NCBI GenBank assembly: GCA_040830765.1 | Contig: JBFOMH010000005.1 | Coordinates: 256,001-320,000, forward strand | Length of the DNA: 64,000 nucleotides | Origin: Puniceicoccaceae bacterium | Lineage (GTDB): Bacteria; Verrucomicrobiota; Verrucomicrobiia; Opitutales; Oceanipulchritudinaceae | Reading direction: 5' to 3' | Shown: positions 1-10,602 of the stretch, piece after piece | How the letters are laid out: each line of letters starts with the position of its first letter | Position numbering within the stretch: the first letter of the stretch is position 1 | Translations under genes and position numbers: made by a program | Notes under the pieces: generated by a model | Told to the model about the DNA's origin: nothing | What the model saw: only the letters and a program-made list of their open reading frames with translations | Database searches by the model: none

Positions 1-1
1 G

Positions 2-1867
2 CCGGAGCCCGTCAGCTACAGTTTCATGCCCAACGTCAGCCTGGTCCTCAATGTCATTGACCGGATCAAGCCGGAGTGGAATGTGACGGAAGCGCATGGC
101 AACATATTTGATGGAATCTTCCTCTTCGACTACCTCCGCAATCCAGACCGCCGATTTGTCCGCTACGGGGATTCCAAGCGCAACAACGACAGTACGGGAG
201 CGCTCTATCGCTATGCCCTTCATATCGCCACCCGCCGCGGCTATACGGACCTTGAGGAACAGGCACAAGTGGCCTTGAAAAAGGCCTACGATGCCAACGG
301 GGGTAGCCGGCCGGCAATTGCCGGGGGCACCTTCGACAATTATGAAGCACTGAAGCTCTTCTGGGGACTCAACCTTCCCGATACGGTCGAAGGCGGATTT
401 GACTTCACCAAACCGACCGTGCTTGTGACACATGCCGGTGTAGCCCTGCAACGCAATGCTGTGGATACGGACAATGTTGATTACGGCCTGACAGGCATCA
501 TTGGCGGAGCCCATTACGTCCACTCCCACGTTACCGGCATTTCAATGGAGCTTTACGGTGCCGGCTATGTGATGGCACCGAACGCTGGCCTGGCAGCAAC
601 GCTGGCCGATCGACAGCTCCCGGAAAACAAGAACTACTTCCGCCTCCACGCGGGTAACAATTGCGTCATTATCAATGGAACATCCCATGGTCGCCAGTCT
701 GGAGCTTGGGCGAGCAATTCCTATGTCTGGCAGGACAGGGCCGTGAATGTGGGTGCGGAACCACAGCATCTGGAAGACCCGATCAGTCCGCATTACAGCT
801 TCGCCACCCAGTACTTGAACGACACCGTGAACCAGGCCCAGCAGCAACGCACCCTGGCAATTATCCGTACCAGCCCGACAACCGGATTCTACTTCGACCT
901 CTTCCGCTCCCGCTCCCTGGTCGAAAACAATTTCCATGACTACATCTATCACAACATAGGTGATGAGACCATCATCAGCGACACCTCGGGTGTCCTTAGT
1001 CTCACCCCGACTGACCGCTACGACAACGATATCGGGGATCCTGTGCAATCCCCCGGCTGGCGGTTTTTCGAAAACGAACAGGTCACGCCGGAGACAGCTG
1101 ATTCCGTCAAGGTCCAGTTCCGGGTCAATTTCAATAATCGTTCCATGAACCTGTTTGTTCCCAACGGCATTGCCCGGGAATACACCCATGCCCTTGCCCC
1201 GGCCACGCGTGAAGCGAAAAATGGATACGTGAACAAGAAGACCCAGGTCCTGGCCATCCGGCAACAGGGCGAAGCCTGGGAGCGGCCCTTTGTCGCGGTT
1301 ATCGAACCCTCCACTAATTTCGACACCAGCGTCCAGTCTGTGACCCAGCTTACCCAAGGGGAACAGGTCGTTGGCGCCAAGGTGGTTTCCATGATCGATG
1401 GCCAAAGCGTCACCAACTACATTATCTGCCTCGACAGTCCCGATGCCTCCTACGAGGACACGGAGCTCGGTCTAGGCTTCACGGGTCGCTTCGGAGCGGT
1501 TACCGACCGTGGTGGCGATGATGTGGAACTCTTCATCGGCGAGGGCTCGTTTCTTACCTACGGCTCCCATGTGGTTTCCTCCACTTCGGGCGAAACCACC
1601 GCTGCATGGTGCCAGTTTGATGAAAGCAGCAGTCCGACTGTCGCCACGCGGGCACAGGTCAATGTTGCACGGGCCGACAATTCCCAGCTCTTCATGGATA
1701 TCCATGGTTCCAACGCAGTCCTGAGCTGGCCGGGAACGGACATGAAATTGCAGCAGAGCCGGTTCTTGACCCGCTTCAGTTGGGCAACGGTTCCCGGCGG
1801 GAAAGTGCGCCCCGTGGTCGTCCCCCTGGCGGACCATCCCGTCTTCTTCCGGATTCTCGAGAAGTAA
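2..1867 (+). CDS. Secreted heparinase II/III-like (polysaccharide lyase-type) protein, 5'-truncated by the window edge, with C-terminal 'SW...S..L..W...FFR' domain
   Basis: Frame is open from base 2, so the true start is upstream of the window. Motifs 'HYVHSH..GISMELYG.G' and 'HAGNNCVIING' resemble heparinase II/III C-terminal domains. Ends in VFFRILEK. Confidence 0.6.
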   Translation, partial: PEPVSYSFMPNVSLVLNVIDRIKPEWNVTEAHGNIFDGIFLFDYLRNPDRRFVRYGDSKRNNDSTGALYRYALHIATRRGYTDLEEQAQVALKKAYDANGGSRPAIAGGTFDNYEALKLFWGLNLPDTVEGGFDFTKPTVLVTHAGVALQRNAVDTDNVDYGLTGIIGGAHYVHSHVTGISMELYGAGYVMAPNAGLAATLADRQLPENKNYFRLHAGNNCVIINGTSHGRQSGAWASNSYVWQDRAVNVGAEPQHLEDPISPHYSFATQYLNDTVNQAQQQRTLAIIRTSPTTGFYFDLFRSRSLVENNFHDYIYHNIGDETIISDTSGVLSLTPTDRYDNDIGDPVQSPGWRFFENEQVTPETADSVKVQFRVNFNNRSMNLFVPNGIAREYTHALAPATREAKNGYVNKKTQVLAIRQQGEAWERPFVAVIEPSTNFDTSVQSVTQLTQGEQVVGAKVVSMIDGQSVTNYIICLDSPDASYEDTELGLGFTGRFGAVTDRGGDDVELFIGEGSFLTYGSHVVSSTSGETTAAWCQFDESSSPTVATRAQVNVARADNSQLFMDIHGSNAVLSWPGTDMKLQQSRFLTRFSWATVPGGKVRPVVVPLADHPVFFRILEK

Positions 1868-1994
1868 GCTAACTATTAATCCGGCATCAATAGGGAATTC
1901 AGGAAGGCAATTCAAGGGCCCGAGGTCACTGCGCCATGCATCCAGCGAGAATTCGCTTGCCATCCGTCCAGATACTGGGATAACCAAAGGTCCC

Positions 1995-2849
1995 ATGAGC
2001 CGACTGCTACCCTTCCTCATGGTTACCCTGTTCCTGGCCAGTAGTACTTTTGCCACTATCCCCATCTTCAGCCCCACAACTGAATGGAATCCGATTACCT
2101 ATCCGGGTGTCACTTCAGACTACCCCTCCGACACCCAGGCCAGCTCACTTGACCTCGACCTCGTCGGGGATGTAACACACGCAGCGTTCTACACCCGCTT
2201 TGATGCCACCCCCTCGCCCCAAGCACCGGAAGGTGAAGTGGGCTATCGACTGCGCATGGCTGGCAACCAATCACCGGCGACCTTTGCCGGCCAGGCATGG
2301 ATTGGGGCGGATGTTAATAGCGATGGTGCCCTGGATCTTTTTGTGGGAGCCAATAATAACACCGTCAGCATCAACTTCGCCGGTGCGGACTCCAATACCT
2401 CCCCCAATACAACCTCGATCGACTCCACGCCTTTCTGGTCAGCCAGTGTCTCGGCGACAAATTTCAGCTGGACAGAAAACAACAGCAGTCTGGATCCCGA
2501 TGGTACCAACTTTGACATCGATAATGGCGGGGAAACGGACTACTTTCTCACTTTCATCGTCCCCTTCGACCAACTTGCGGCAGCTGTGAACTCCCTTTCC
2601 CTGGGATTCACTTTCGACAATACGTCCCCCTTAGCCTACATTGCCGCCACCGCCACCCAGGGACAAACCCTGAATGCGGACTTGAATGGCGTCAATGGCA
2701 CGGCCGGCACCCTTTCCTGGACTGAACTGGATGCCATCAGCCCGGAGGTCGGGATAGATGGCGAACCCGCAGTTCCGGAGCCCGGACTGACAGCCCTGAT
2801 CGTGGCGCTGGCGGGAGGATTCTTTTTGTTCGTGCAGAAGCGCCGCTGA
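1995..2849 (+). CDS. PEP-CTERM sorting-domain protein
   Basis: N-terminal signal peptide; Asp/Thr/Ser-rich body with DxNxDG-like motifs; C-terminal VPEP + hydrophobic helix + KRR. Confidence 0.9.
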   Translation: MSRLLPFLMVTLFLASSTFATIPIFSPTTEWNPITYPGVTSDYPSDTQASSLDLDLVGDVTHAAFYTRFDATPSPQAPEGEVGYRLRMAGNQSPATFAGQAWIGADVNSDGALDLFVGANNNTVSINFAGADSNTSPNTTSIDSTPFWSASVSATNFSWTENNSSLDPDGTNFDIDNGGETDYFLTFIVPFDQLAAAVNSLSLGFTFDNTSPLAYIAATATQGQTLNADLNGVNGTAGTLSWTELDAISPEVGIDGEPAVPEPGLTALIVALAGGFFLFVQKRR

Positions 2850-2867
2850 TCGGTCACGCTTGTCAAT

Positions 2868-3749
2868 GTGAGCCGACCGCCGGAGTCCATTGGGGCATTC
2901 AACTTTATTGCCAATATTTCACTCGCCGGAGTGAAGATAATTGTTGGTGTCGCAGGTTCTTCGTACGCCCTCATCGCTGATGGCATAGAGTCCCTGGCGG
3001 ATTGCGTCTCTTCCCTGATCGTCTGGAACGGATTAAAGGTGGCCAGCCGGGAAGCCGACCATGACCATCCTTATGGACATGGAAAGGCCGAGGCCGTCGC
3101 AGCCTTATTGGCTGGGGTTGGTTTGGTTGTTTCCGCTGTCATCATTGCCTACCATGCCATAAGCGAAATCCTAACTCCACACCTTGTACCGGCTGCTTTT
3201 ACCATTCCCGCTCTCATCGGCATCATCCTGGTCAAGGAACTGCTTTACCGGTTGACGGTTCGTGGAGCTGAGCATCATGACAGCAGTGCACTCCGTGCCG
3301 AAGCCTGGCACCACCGGAGTGATTCCCTGACATCCCTCGGCGTCCTTCTTGGCATAGTCATTGCGGTCCTCGGTGGTCAGCGCCTGGCCTACTCTGACGA
3401 TATTGCCGCCTGTCTGGTCACACTCCTCATCCTCTATAATGCCTACAAGATCATCCGCCCGTCCCTTGATGAACTGATGGACCGCCGCATTGAGGATGAA
3501 AAACATCTCCTCATCCTCGATTGTATTGCTGGAATTGAGGGCGTTCAGGAAGTAGAGACCCTGATTGTCCGCCGAAGCGGGCGCCATTTCCTCGTCGACG
3601 TCCACATCGAGGTGGATCCCGGCATTACGGTTGAGGCAGGACACAAAATCTCCCATGCCGTAAAAGACGCCCTTCTGGCAATGGAAACTCCCCAGGTCCA
3701 GCACGTGACGACCCACATTGAACCGCATGCTCCCGACGGGGGAAATTGA
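2868..3749 (+). CDS. Cation diffusion facilitator (FieF-like) transporter
   Basis: S.ALIADGIESLAD, 'HPYGHGKAE', 'HHRSD' motifs; C-terminal HIEP. Confidence 0.9.
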   Translation: MSRPPESIGAFNFIANISLAGVKIIVGVAGSSYALIADGIESLADCVSSLIVWNGLKVASREADHDHPYGHGKAEAVAALLAGVGLVVSAVIIAYHAISEILTPHLVPAAFTIPALIGIILVKELLYRLTVRGAEHHDSSALRAEAWHHRSDSLTSLGVLLGIVIAVLGGQRLAYSDDIAACLVTLLILYNAYKIIRPSLDELMDRRIEDEKHLLILDCIAGIEGVQEVETLIVRRSGRHFLVDVHIEVDPGITVEAGHKISHAVKDALLAMETPQVQHVTTHIEPHAPDGGN

Positions 3750-3750
3750 T

Positions 3751-4593
3751 ATGCGCCGTCGCAAAAAGCTATATCAACTGGTTTTCAGCCTCATTATCCT
3801 GGCTCTTTCCTGCTGGGCATTACTTTGGTTCCTGCGTCCGGGGACCCAGCCGCGGACACAAATTTTCCAGGGAATATTCCTGACCGTTGAAGAAACGCCC
3901 AGTGGTCGCCTGATGATTGTCGAGGTCCACTGGGACACCCCGGGAGTACAGTTCTCCAACCGGGCCTACTCCTTCCCTGTCGATCCAACGAATCAGGATT
4001 CCCCGCACTACCGTACCACTTTTGCCGATTGGGCCCTATTTCGTGAAGGGGCGGCTGTCCTCGTGAACACGACCCTCTTTCTACCTGATTCCCTGAAGAC
4101 CTTCCTGCCCGGATATCCTGTTCGCTCGAACGAGACCCTGGTCGTCGACGGGGAAGTGTCCCATGTCCATGATCACAGCTACCTGCTTTACTGGGACGCT
4201 GACGGGAATGTCCACTTACAACGGTCGAAGCCGCCCTCTCCGGAAAGTCTGGATGCCGCTGTATCAGGCATTGGTCTACAGGGCATTCCAGTCAGCCAGG
4301 GCCAGGTCCGTCCCCGTGCAATCAGCGATCATGGGGAAGCAAATGCACGCACCTTCATCGGGGTGGATCCGGAGAGGAAAGTCCTTTTCCTGATGGCCTT
4401 CGAGAAGGCAACCCCCATCCAGATGCTGGAACAAGCGGTTGCCCATGGTGTAAAAGTCGGTGGCCAGGTAGATGGCGGCAGTTCAACCAACCTCATCATC
4501 GGCACAGGCGCGAAAGACCTTCCTCCTCATACCGGCATTCGCGGCTGGCGTCCCGTAGGCCCATACCTCATTGTCAAGGCTGAGTCCCTTTAA
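3751..4593 (+). CDS. Phosphodiester glycosidase (NAGPA/DUF2233-like) family protein
   Basis: N-terminal membrane anchor; 'ARTFIG' and 'DGGSST' motifs; ATG at 3751 follows the upstream stop. Confidence 0.7.
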   Translation: MRRRKKLYQLVFSLIILALSCWALLWFLRPGTQPRTQIFQGIFLTVEETPSGRLMIVEVHWDTPGVQFSNRAYSFPVDPTNQDSPHYRTTFADWALFREGAAVLVNTTLFLPDSLKTFLPGYPVRSNETLVVDGEVSHVHDHSYLLYWDADGNVHLQRSKPPSPESLDAAVSGIGLQGIPVSQGQVRPRAISDHGEANARTFIGVDPERKVLFLMAFEKATPIQMLEQAVAHGVKVGGQVDGGSSTNLIIGTGAKDLPPHTGIRGWRPVGPYLIVKAESL

Positions 4594-4611
4594 CCTTCAA
4601 TCAAGGATATC

Positions 4612-5022
4612 ATGAAACGCGTAACTGGAATCGGAGGCATCTTCTTCAAGAGCAAAAATCCACAGGCGATGAACGCCTGGTACCGCAAGCACCTCGGTTT
4701 CAAGGTCAACGAATACGGCTCCCTCTTCCAGGGCCGCGAATTCGAGGAACCAGACAACCGGACACTCCTTCAGTGGGCCCCGTTTGAGGCGGATACCGAC
4801 TACTTCGAGCCCTGCAAGAAGGAATTCATGATCAATTATCGCGTCGACGATCTGGAAGCCTTGCTGGAAGAACTGGAAAAGGAAGGTATCGAGATTGTCA
4901 CTCCCTTGAAGTCCTACCCCTACGGGAAGTTTGCCCACGTCATGGATCCCGAAGGGAACAAGGTGGAACTCTGGGAACCGATTGACGAGGGGCTCGATGC
5001 CGATCTGGAAAGCCAGAAGTGA
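4612..5022 (+). CDS. VOC/glyoxalase family protein
   Basis: 'RVTGIGGIFFK', 'YGKFAHVMDPEGNKVELWEP'. Confidence 0.9.
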   Translation: MKRVTGIGGIFFKSKNPQAMNAWYRKHLGFKVNEYGSLFQGREFEEPDNRTLLQWAPFEADTDYFEPCKKEFMINYRVDDLEALLEELEKEGIEIVTPLKSYPYGKFAHVMDPEGNKVELWEPIDEGLDADLESQK

Positions 5023-5036
5023 TATCGGGAGATTAA

Positions 5037-7847
5037 CTACAAATGCTGCCCCGTAACGCTGCGCTTGGCGGTCTTCAGATCGAGCACCGGACCGGCATAG
5101 AGCAGCTCGCCCCCTTCTTCCCCTCCCCCGGGTCCGAGGTCAATGACCCAGTCCGCCAGGCGAATGACATCCAGGTTGTGCTCGATAAGAATCAGCGTCT
5201 GCCCCTGTTCACGCAGTTTGAAGAGCAGGTCCATGAGGTGCTGGATGTCGACCCAGTGGAGTCCCGTCGTCGGCTCGTCGAGCAGGTAGAGGTTCCGGCT
5301 GCGTTGGCTTTTGCTCAGCTCAAGGGATAACTTCAGCCGCTGGGCTTCACCACCGGAGAGGGTTGGCGCTGCCTGTCCCAGCTTGATGTAACCCAAGCCC
5401 ACGGCCTGGAGGGTCTCCAGTTTGGCCAGCACCTTGGGCTGGTGGGCGAAGAGCTTGATCGCCTCGTCAACCGTCATCTCGAGGACATCAGCAATGTTGT
5501 ACCCCTTGAAACGGACTTCCAGGGTCTCCCGGTTGTAACGCTTCCCGTGGCAACTGGGACATTCCGCATAGACATCGCTGAGGAACTGCATGTCCATCTT
5601 GATCAATCCATCCCCCTGGCAGCGTTCGCAGCGGCCGCCCCGGACATTGAAGCTGAAACGCCCGGGTCCATAACCGCGCACCTTCGCCAGTGGGGTTTGC
5701 GCATAAAGCCGCCTGAGGTCATCAAATATCTTTGTAAAGGTCGCCGGATTGGACCGCGGGCTGCGTCCGATCGGATCCTGGTCCACCCGGACGATGCGCT
5801 CGAAATTTTCCAAACCATCCAGGCCCCTATGCCGACCGGGTATATCCTTGGTCCGGTTCAATTTGAAGGCAGCCGCCTTGCCCAGGATCTCATTGACGAG
5901 GGTGCTTTTGCCGGATCCGCTGACTCCCGTAACCACTGTCAGGAGCCCGACTGGAAAGGATACATCCAGCTCCTTGAGGTTGTGTTCATGGGCACCCTTC
6001 ACCGTCACCCAACCCTCATCCGGTTCCTTGACCGGAACCGACCGCTCAACACTGGCCGTCCCCGAGAGAAAGGCCCCGGTACGGGAAGTGCGGGACTTTT
6101 TTGCCGCACTGACAGTTCCCTGGAAAATAACCTCTCCCCCGGCCTCACCCGCTCCCGGTCCGATTTCCAAGAGGTGATCCGCCGCCTCGATGACATCGGG
6201 ATCATGCTCCACCACGATAACGCTGCTTCCTCGCTCCCTGAGACCCTCCAGGGTGGCAATCAGCTTCCTTGTGTTGGCCGGGTGCAGGCCGATTGTCGGT
6301 TCATCCAGAACATAGGTCACTCCGACCAAGCCCATTCCGACCTGCGTGGCCAGTCGAACCCTCTGGGCTTCTCCCCCGCTCAGGCTGCCATAAGGCCGAG
6401 CCAGACTCAAGTAGTGCAAGCCCACCTCGTTCAAGAATACCAAACGGTTCCTCAGGCCATTGACCGCATCTTCAAATCCAGGCAACTCCAGGGATTCAAC
6501 GAAGGTCAGCGCATCCCGCAGGGAATAGCCAAGGAACTCAGAATAACTCAGATCCTTGAGGAGGACGGCTCGTGATGTATCCCGAAGCCGCGTTCCCTGG
6601 CAGTCCTCGCAACCACTCCTTGTCTGGTAAGCCATCAGCCGGTTGCGCAATCCATCGCTGCTGGTATCCCGGCGGGTCTTTTCCAAATCCGCCAGCACAC
6701 CCTCGAAAGGCATTGCCTCCGGCTTGCGGTTGCCCGGTTTCGTCTTGAACAGGAACTCCCTATCCCCCGCCCCGTGGAGAATGACCTGGCGAACCGCTTC
6801 CGGCAATTCCTGCCACGGTGTCGTCGGGTCGAAAGGCAGCTGCTCGGCCAATTGCTTCAAGCGGGCATTGCGTTCAATAATCATCCGCCGCGAGCCTAGC
6901 CGCCATGGCTTGATGGCCCCCTTGCGGACCGACTTCACTGGATCCGGGACAACCAGTTCCGGACTGAATTGTAAAGTCTCGCCAAGTCCACCACAGGAAG
7001 GACAGGCCCCGTCCGGATGGTCCCAGGAGAATTGCTTTGGCGTGACCTCCGGATAAACCGTCCCGCACACCTCGCAGGAAAGGTGTTGGCTGACAACAAA
7101 GGTCGTCCATTCAGCACCCTGCTCCCGCTGGACCATCACTTCCGCCCGGTTGTCCGCCTCCCGGAAGGCCAGTTCGAGGGAATCCGCTATGCGGCTACGC
7201 TGGTCCTCCCTGAGGACCAGGCGGTCGATGACCAGGTCCATCTGATGTTCCGCGCTTCCTTTTGGAAAGAGGTCGCTATCTTCCAATTCGCGAATTTCCC
7301 CGTCCAGCCTGACCCGGAGATATCCCTTTTGTTTGAGGTGGGGAATCTCATTCCGCAGGACAGAGGACTTGGCCCGCATATAAGGGGCGAGGATCATGAA
7401 TCGACTCCCATCCGGCTCCTGGTAGATACGGTCCAGACAGTCATCGAGGGATTTCCGGACTATCTGGCCGCCGTCTTTCGGGCAATGGGCCTTGCCGCAA
7501 AGCGACCATAGCAAGCGGGCATAATCCGCAATTTCCGTGATTGTCGCCACCGTGCTGCGGGGATTGGCTCCCGTCCCTGTGCGCTGCTCAATGGCAATAA
7601 CCGGGGTCAAGCCGTCAATATAGTCCACTTCCGGCCGTTCGATCTGGTCCATTAACTGCCGGGCACGCGTGGACAAGCTGTCCATGAACTTCCGGTAGCC
7701 CTCCGCGAAGATTGTATCAAAGGCCAGCGAGGACTTTCCAGACCCGCTGACACCGGTTACCACCACCAATTGGTCGCGGGGAATTGTCACATCAATTCCC
7801 TTCAGGTTGTGCACGCGTGCGCCTTTTATGTGGATGACTTTCCGCAT
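5037..7847 (-). CDS. uvrA: Excinuclease ABC subunit A
   Basis: Two ABC ATPase modules (GVSGSGKS twice, LSGGEAQR twice) and CxxC zinc fingers; 936 aa. Confidence 0.98.
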   Translation of the reverse strand: MRKVIHIKGARVHNLKGIDVTIPRDQLVVVTGVSGSGKSSLAFDTIFAEGYRKFMDSLSTRARQLMDQIERPEVDYIDGLTPVIAIEQRTGTGANPRSTVATITEIADYARLLWSLCGKAHCPKDGGQIVRKSLDDCLDRIYQEPDGSRFMILAPYMRAKSSVLRNEIPHLKQKGYLRVRLDGEIRELEDSDLFPKGSAEHQMDLVIDRLVLREDQRSRIADSLELAFREADNRAEVMVQREQGAEWTTFVVSQHLSCEVCGTVYPEVTPKQFSWDHPDGACPSCGGLGETLQFSPELVVPDPVKSVRKGAIKPWRLGSRRMIIERNARLKQLAEQLPFDPTTPWQELPEAVRQVILHGAGDREFLFKTKPGNRKPEAMPFEGVLADLEKTRRDTSSDGLRNRLMAYQTRSGCEDCQGTRLRDTSRAVLLKDLSYSEFLGYSLRDALTFVESLELPGFEDAVNGLRNRLVFLNEVGLHYLSLARPYGSLSGGEAQRVRLATQVGMGLVGVTYVLDEPTIGLHPANTRKLIATLEGLRERGSSVIVVEHDPDVIEAADHLLEIGPGAGEAGGEVIFQGTVSAAKKSRTSRTGAFLSGTASVERSVPVKEPDEGWVTVKGAHEHNLKELDVSFPVGLLTVVTGVSGSGKSTLVNEILGKAAAFKLNRTKDIPGRHRGLDGLENFERIVRVDQDPIGRSPRSNPATFTKIFDDLRRLYAQTPLAKVRGYGPGRFSFNVRGGRCERCQGDGLIKMDMQFLSDVYAECPSCHGKRYNRETLEVRFKGYNIADVLEMTVDEAIKLFAHQPKVLAKLETLQAVGLGYIKLGQAAPTLSGGEAQRLKLSLELSKSQRSRNLYLLDEPTTGLHWVDIQHLMDLLFKLREQGQTLILIEHNLDVIRLADWVIDLGPGGGEEGGELLYAGPVLDLKTAKRSVTGQHL

Positions 7848-7920
7848 CGTTTAACTATGCCGCCAATTTTTATTGCGCATTTGCCTTGCGGTCAATCCGT
7901 GCTAGGATAAATCGCAGGGT

Positions 7921-8211
7921 ATGAACGACAAAAGCCCCATAGTCTACATTAAGCCGGGTTGTCCATGGTGCCGTGAAGCACTGGCTTTCTTTTCCGAACA
8001 TGGCGTTCCTCTGGAAATCCGTGATGTTAACTCCGAGCCCCAGAGCATGCAACGCATGGTCGAAATCAGCGGCCAGTCCAAGACACCTACCTTCGAGTTT
8101 GGGGAATTTATTGTCGCCGACTTTGACGTCCAGGAGTTCCTCGACGCCCTTGAGCAGGTTCCCGAAATCAAACAGCAACTTGGTTTCGGCGATAGCGAGG
8201 ACTGGAACTAA
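7921..8211 (+). CDS. Glutaredoxin/NrdH-like redoxin
   Basis: CPWC active site; 'SGQSKTP' cis-Pro region. Confidence 0.9.
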   Translation: MNDKSPIVYIKPGCPWCREALAFFSEHGVPLEIRDVNSEPQSMQRMVEISGQSKTPTFEFGEFIVADFDVQEFLDALEQVPEIKQQLGFGDSEDWN

Positions 8212-9599
8212 AACTCCGCATTGCCCGGAGTTCGGGCAAAGGGGATGACGTCCCGGATGTTGGCCACACCCGTGACAAACATCAGCATTCGCTCAAATCC
8301 AAGCCCGAAGCCGGAGTGCGGGGCCGTGCCATAGCGTCGCAAATCCCGGTACCACCAATACTCCTCCTTCGACAAGTCGTGGTGCTCGAGTGCGGCATCC
8401 AGGCGCTCCAGACGCTCCTCACGCTGACTGCCCCCGATTATTTCACCTATTCCCGGAACCAGCACGTCCATGGCGGCAACGGTCTTGTCATCATCATTCT
8501 GGCGCATGTAGAAGGGCTTGATCTCCTTCGGGTAATTGAAAACGGTGACCGGGCGCTGAAAGTGGGTTTCCGTCAGCCAGCGCTCATGCTCACTCTGGAG
8601 ATTGGCCCCATATTCCACCGGGTAGTCGAATTTGACATCCGCTGTTTTCAGCAACTCTACCGCATCGGTATAACTGATGCGCTCAAAGGGCCGTTCCAGC
8701 ACGAACCGCAGGCGTTCATGAAGGCCCTTGTCGACGAATTTGCCGAACATCTCCAGGTCCTCCTGACAATGCTCAAGGATATCCCCGATGAGGTACTTGA
8801 TGAAATCCTCCGCCAAGCCCATGTCGCCTTGCAAATCGCAAAAGGCCATTTCCGGCTCAATCATCCAGAACTCGCTGGCATGACGGGAAGTGTTGGAATT
8901 TTCCGCCCGAAAAGTGGGGCCGAAGGTATAGACATTGCTGTGCGATAAGGCGAATATCTCCGCCTCCAGCTGGCCACTGACCGTCAAGTAGGTTGGCCGG
9001 CCGAAGAAATCCTTTTCATAATCAATGTTCCCGTCCTCGTCCCGTGGCGGATTGCCCGGTTCCAAGGTGGAAACGCGGAACATTTCACCGGCCCCTTCAC
9101 AGTCGCTCGCCGTGATCAACGGCGTGTGCACATAAACGAATCCACGTTCCTGAAAGAACTGGTGCACCGCATAGGAGAGCCGTGAACGAACCCGGAATAC
9201 CGCCCCAAACAGGTTTGCCCGAGGCCGTAGGTGCGCGATCTCACGCATGTACTCCAGCGAGTGACGCTTCTTCTGCAGGGGATAACTCTCCTCCGCCTGT
9301 CCGATCAGCTCCAGCTCAGTGGCCTTGATCTCCCAGCGTTGGCCCTTCCCCTGGCTCTCCACAAGCTCCCCGGCCATCCGCACAGCTGAACCAGTCGTGA
9401 AGGCGTGGATGTTATCATACCCGGGACACCCTTCATCGGCAATTACCTGCAAATTCGCCAGGGAACTGCCGTCGTTTAATTCAATAAAGGAAAAGCCCTT
9501 CGAATCCCGCCGGGTCCGTACCCAGCCATACACTTCTACCGCATCGATCGGTCCGTCGGATTCCAGGGCTTCTTTTACTCTCAGTCTTTGCAAGCTCAT
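8208..9599 (-). CDS. asnS: Asparagine--tRNA ligase
   Basis: OB-fold 'GWVRTRR', 'YLTVSGQL', '[21 protein letters not shown]', 'GFGLGFER'. Confidence 0.98.
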   Translation of the reverse strand: MSLQRLRVKEALESDGPIDAVEVYGWVRTRRDSKGFSFIELNDGSSLANLQVIADEGCPGYDNIHAFTTGSAVRMAGELVESQGKGQRWEIKATELELIGQAEESYPLQKKRHSLEYMREIAHLRPRANLFGAVFRVRSRLSYAVHQFFQERGFVYVHTPLITASDCEGAGEMFRVSTLEPGNPPRDEDGNIDYEKDFFGRPTYLTVSGQLEAEIFALSHSNVYTFGPTFRAENSNTSRHASEFWMIEPEMAFCDLQGDMGLAEDFIKYLIGDILEHCQEDLEMFGKFVDKGLHERLRFVLERPFERISYTDAVELLKTADVKFDYPVEYGANLQSEHERWLTETHFQRPVTVFNYPKEIKPFYMRQNDDDKTVAAMDVLVPGIGEIIGGSQREERLERLDAALEHHDLSKEEYWWYRDLRRYGTAPHSGFGLGFERMLMFVTGVANIRDVIPFARTPGNAEF

Positions 9600-9641
9600 A
9601 AGTTGCTCCTACTCCTACATCCCCGGCAGCTTCCATAAAGC

Positions 9642-9684
9642 AAAAAAACAAAAAGGCCCTGCTCCCCAAAGGGAACAGGACCTT
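9642..9684 (-). terminator. Intrinsic terminator closing the large ncRNA unit
   Basis: Minus strand reads AAGGUCCUGUUCCC-UUUG-GGGAGCAGGGCCUU followed by a U-rich tail. Confidence 0.85.
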
Positions 9685-10553
9685 AAAATGTGGGACGGCG
9701 CTCGCCACACGCTCTTTCCCGGTTGCTGACATTTGGCGCTCGTGATTCTTCATCATGGCTGCCAGCTCCCCGACGCTATTCTCCGAGGCACTTCGGAGTC
9801 CCGGCCTCGTAGCAGGGCCGTAGATGGAATTACTCCCATCTAATTCAAGAGTGAGGCCTCTCAGCATGGTCACCCCACAGGTGCTACCTGCGGACCTTCC
9901 TTACCCGCCGAGGATATCGCTGTAATCCGGTATCCTCCGCGATTCTTCCCAAGGTCGGCTCCACTGTCTCCAGCGGACGTTTGCCTTGAGTTACGGGTCT
10001 GACCTCTTACCTCTCGGGGATGCGTTCAGTTTACAGGCAGTCGACTCGGTTTTTCGAGCCCACTGCTTCTCGAAGGAAACCTGCGGCTGTTGTCATGTAC
10101 TCGGCCGCCTGTTTCCCCGCTTACCAAGACGTTTTCGCTGCACCGACGTTTTTCCGGTCGCTTATGGTGAGATTAGCCCTCACCCGCCTCGCCAAACGGA
10201 CGAACTGCACGGTAACATCCCTTGACCTTCCAGGTCACCGCGTTGAAGTCTCCCAGGGCACAACCCCTTCGGATCCTTCTAACTCAACCTGCTGGCATTG
10301 TGCTTGGCCTCGCTCTCGCTCGGCCGCCAGCCGATCGCCGGTCGTGTGCTTTCACAATTCAGGGCTGTGTGACCAACCCTGGCACCGACGGTGAAATTTG
10401 CCTCACTTCCTGGAGCCTTTAGTGGACGTCTCCTCAGAGCCGCCCGACTCCCCTCCATGAGGAGCCAGATTCGTTCGATAAACCTGACTGTTCCCCGGTT
10501 ACCCGGGATTATCCTGGGGCTTTCGAGTTGAATGCCCGTTCTTTCAAAGAACT
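9685..10553 (-). ncRNA. Large (~870 nt) highly structured non-coding RNA, candidate MISL-class RNA or a new giant RNA
   Basis: No credible ORF. Consecutive hairpins include 9781-9798, 9802-9820, 9821-9842 (GUAA loop), 9875-9893, 9910-9937, 9960-9977 (GAGA loop), 10075-10116, 10166-10184, 10360-10381 and 10494-10507 (GUAA loop). Has its own promoter and terminator. Family identity is inferred only from size and likely phylum. Confidence 0.8.
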
Positions 10554-10559
10554 GACCAT

Positions 10560-10589
10560 ATTGTGCTCTTCAGGGGTCCCGACTGTCAA
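10560..10589 (-). promoter_or_regulatory. Sigma70-type promoter for the large ncRNA
   Basis: Minus strand TTGACA (10589-10584), 18-nt spacer, CACAAT (10565-10560); boxA-like GTTCTTTGAAA follows a few nt downstream. Confidence 0.65.
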
Positions 10590-10602
10590 CCCTAAAACAT
10601 TC

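Noticed and set aside
9481..10422. Short ORFs over the large intergenic region (9481-9873 -, 9986-10225 +, 10020-10394 +, 10222-10422 +)
   Set aside because: They overlap one another, have atypical composition and no recognisable motifs; a structured RNA explains the region better
10410..10436. Minus-strand GAGGAGACGUCC...GGCUCCA resembling the RNase P P4 5' strand, and CUGAGGA resembling a hammerhead core
   Set aside because: The match to GAGGAAAGUCC is imperfect and I found no 3' P4 partner (ACAGAA..CGGCUUA). I could not assemble a hammerhead three-way junction, and the unit is much longer than RNase P RNA.
9685..10553. tmRNA, rRNA fragment, group II intron or T-box leader of asnS
   Set aside because: No tRNA-like CCA end, rRNA conserved blocks, domain V motif or T-box consensus. 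The length far exceeds a typical leader, although some read-through into asnS cannot be excluded.
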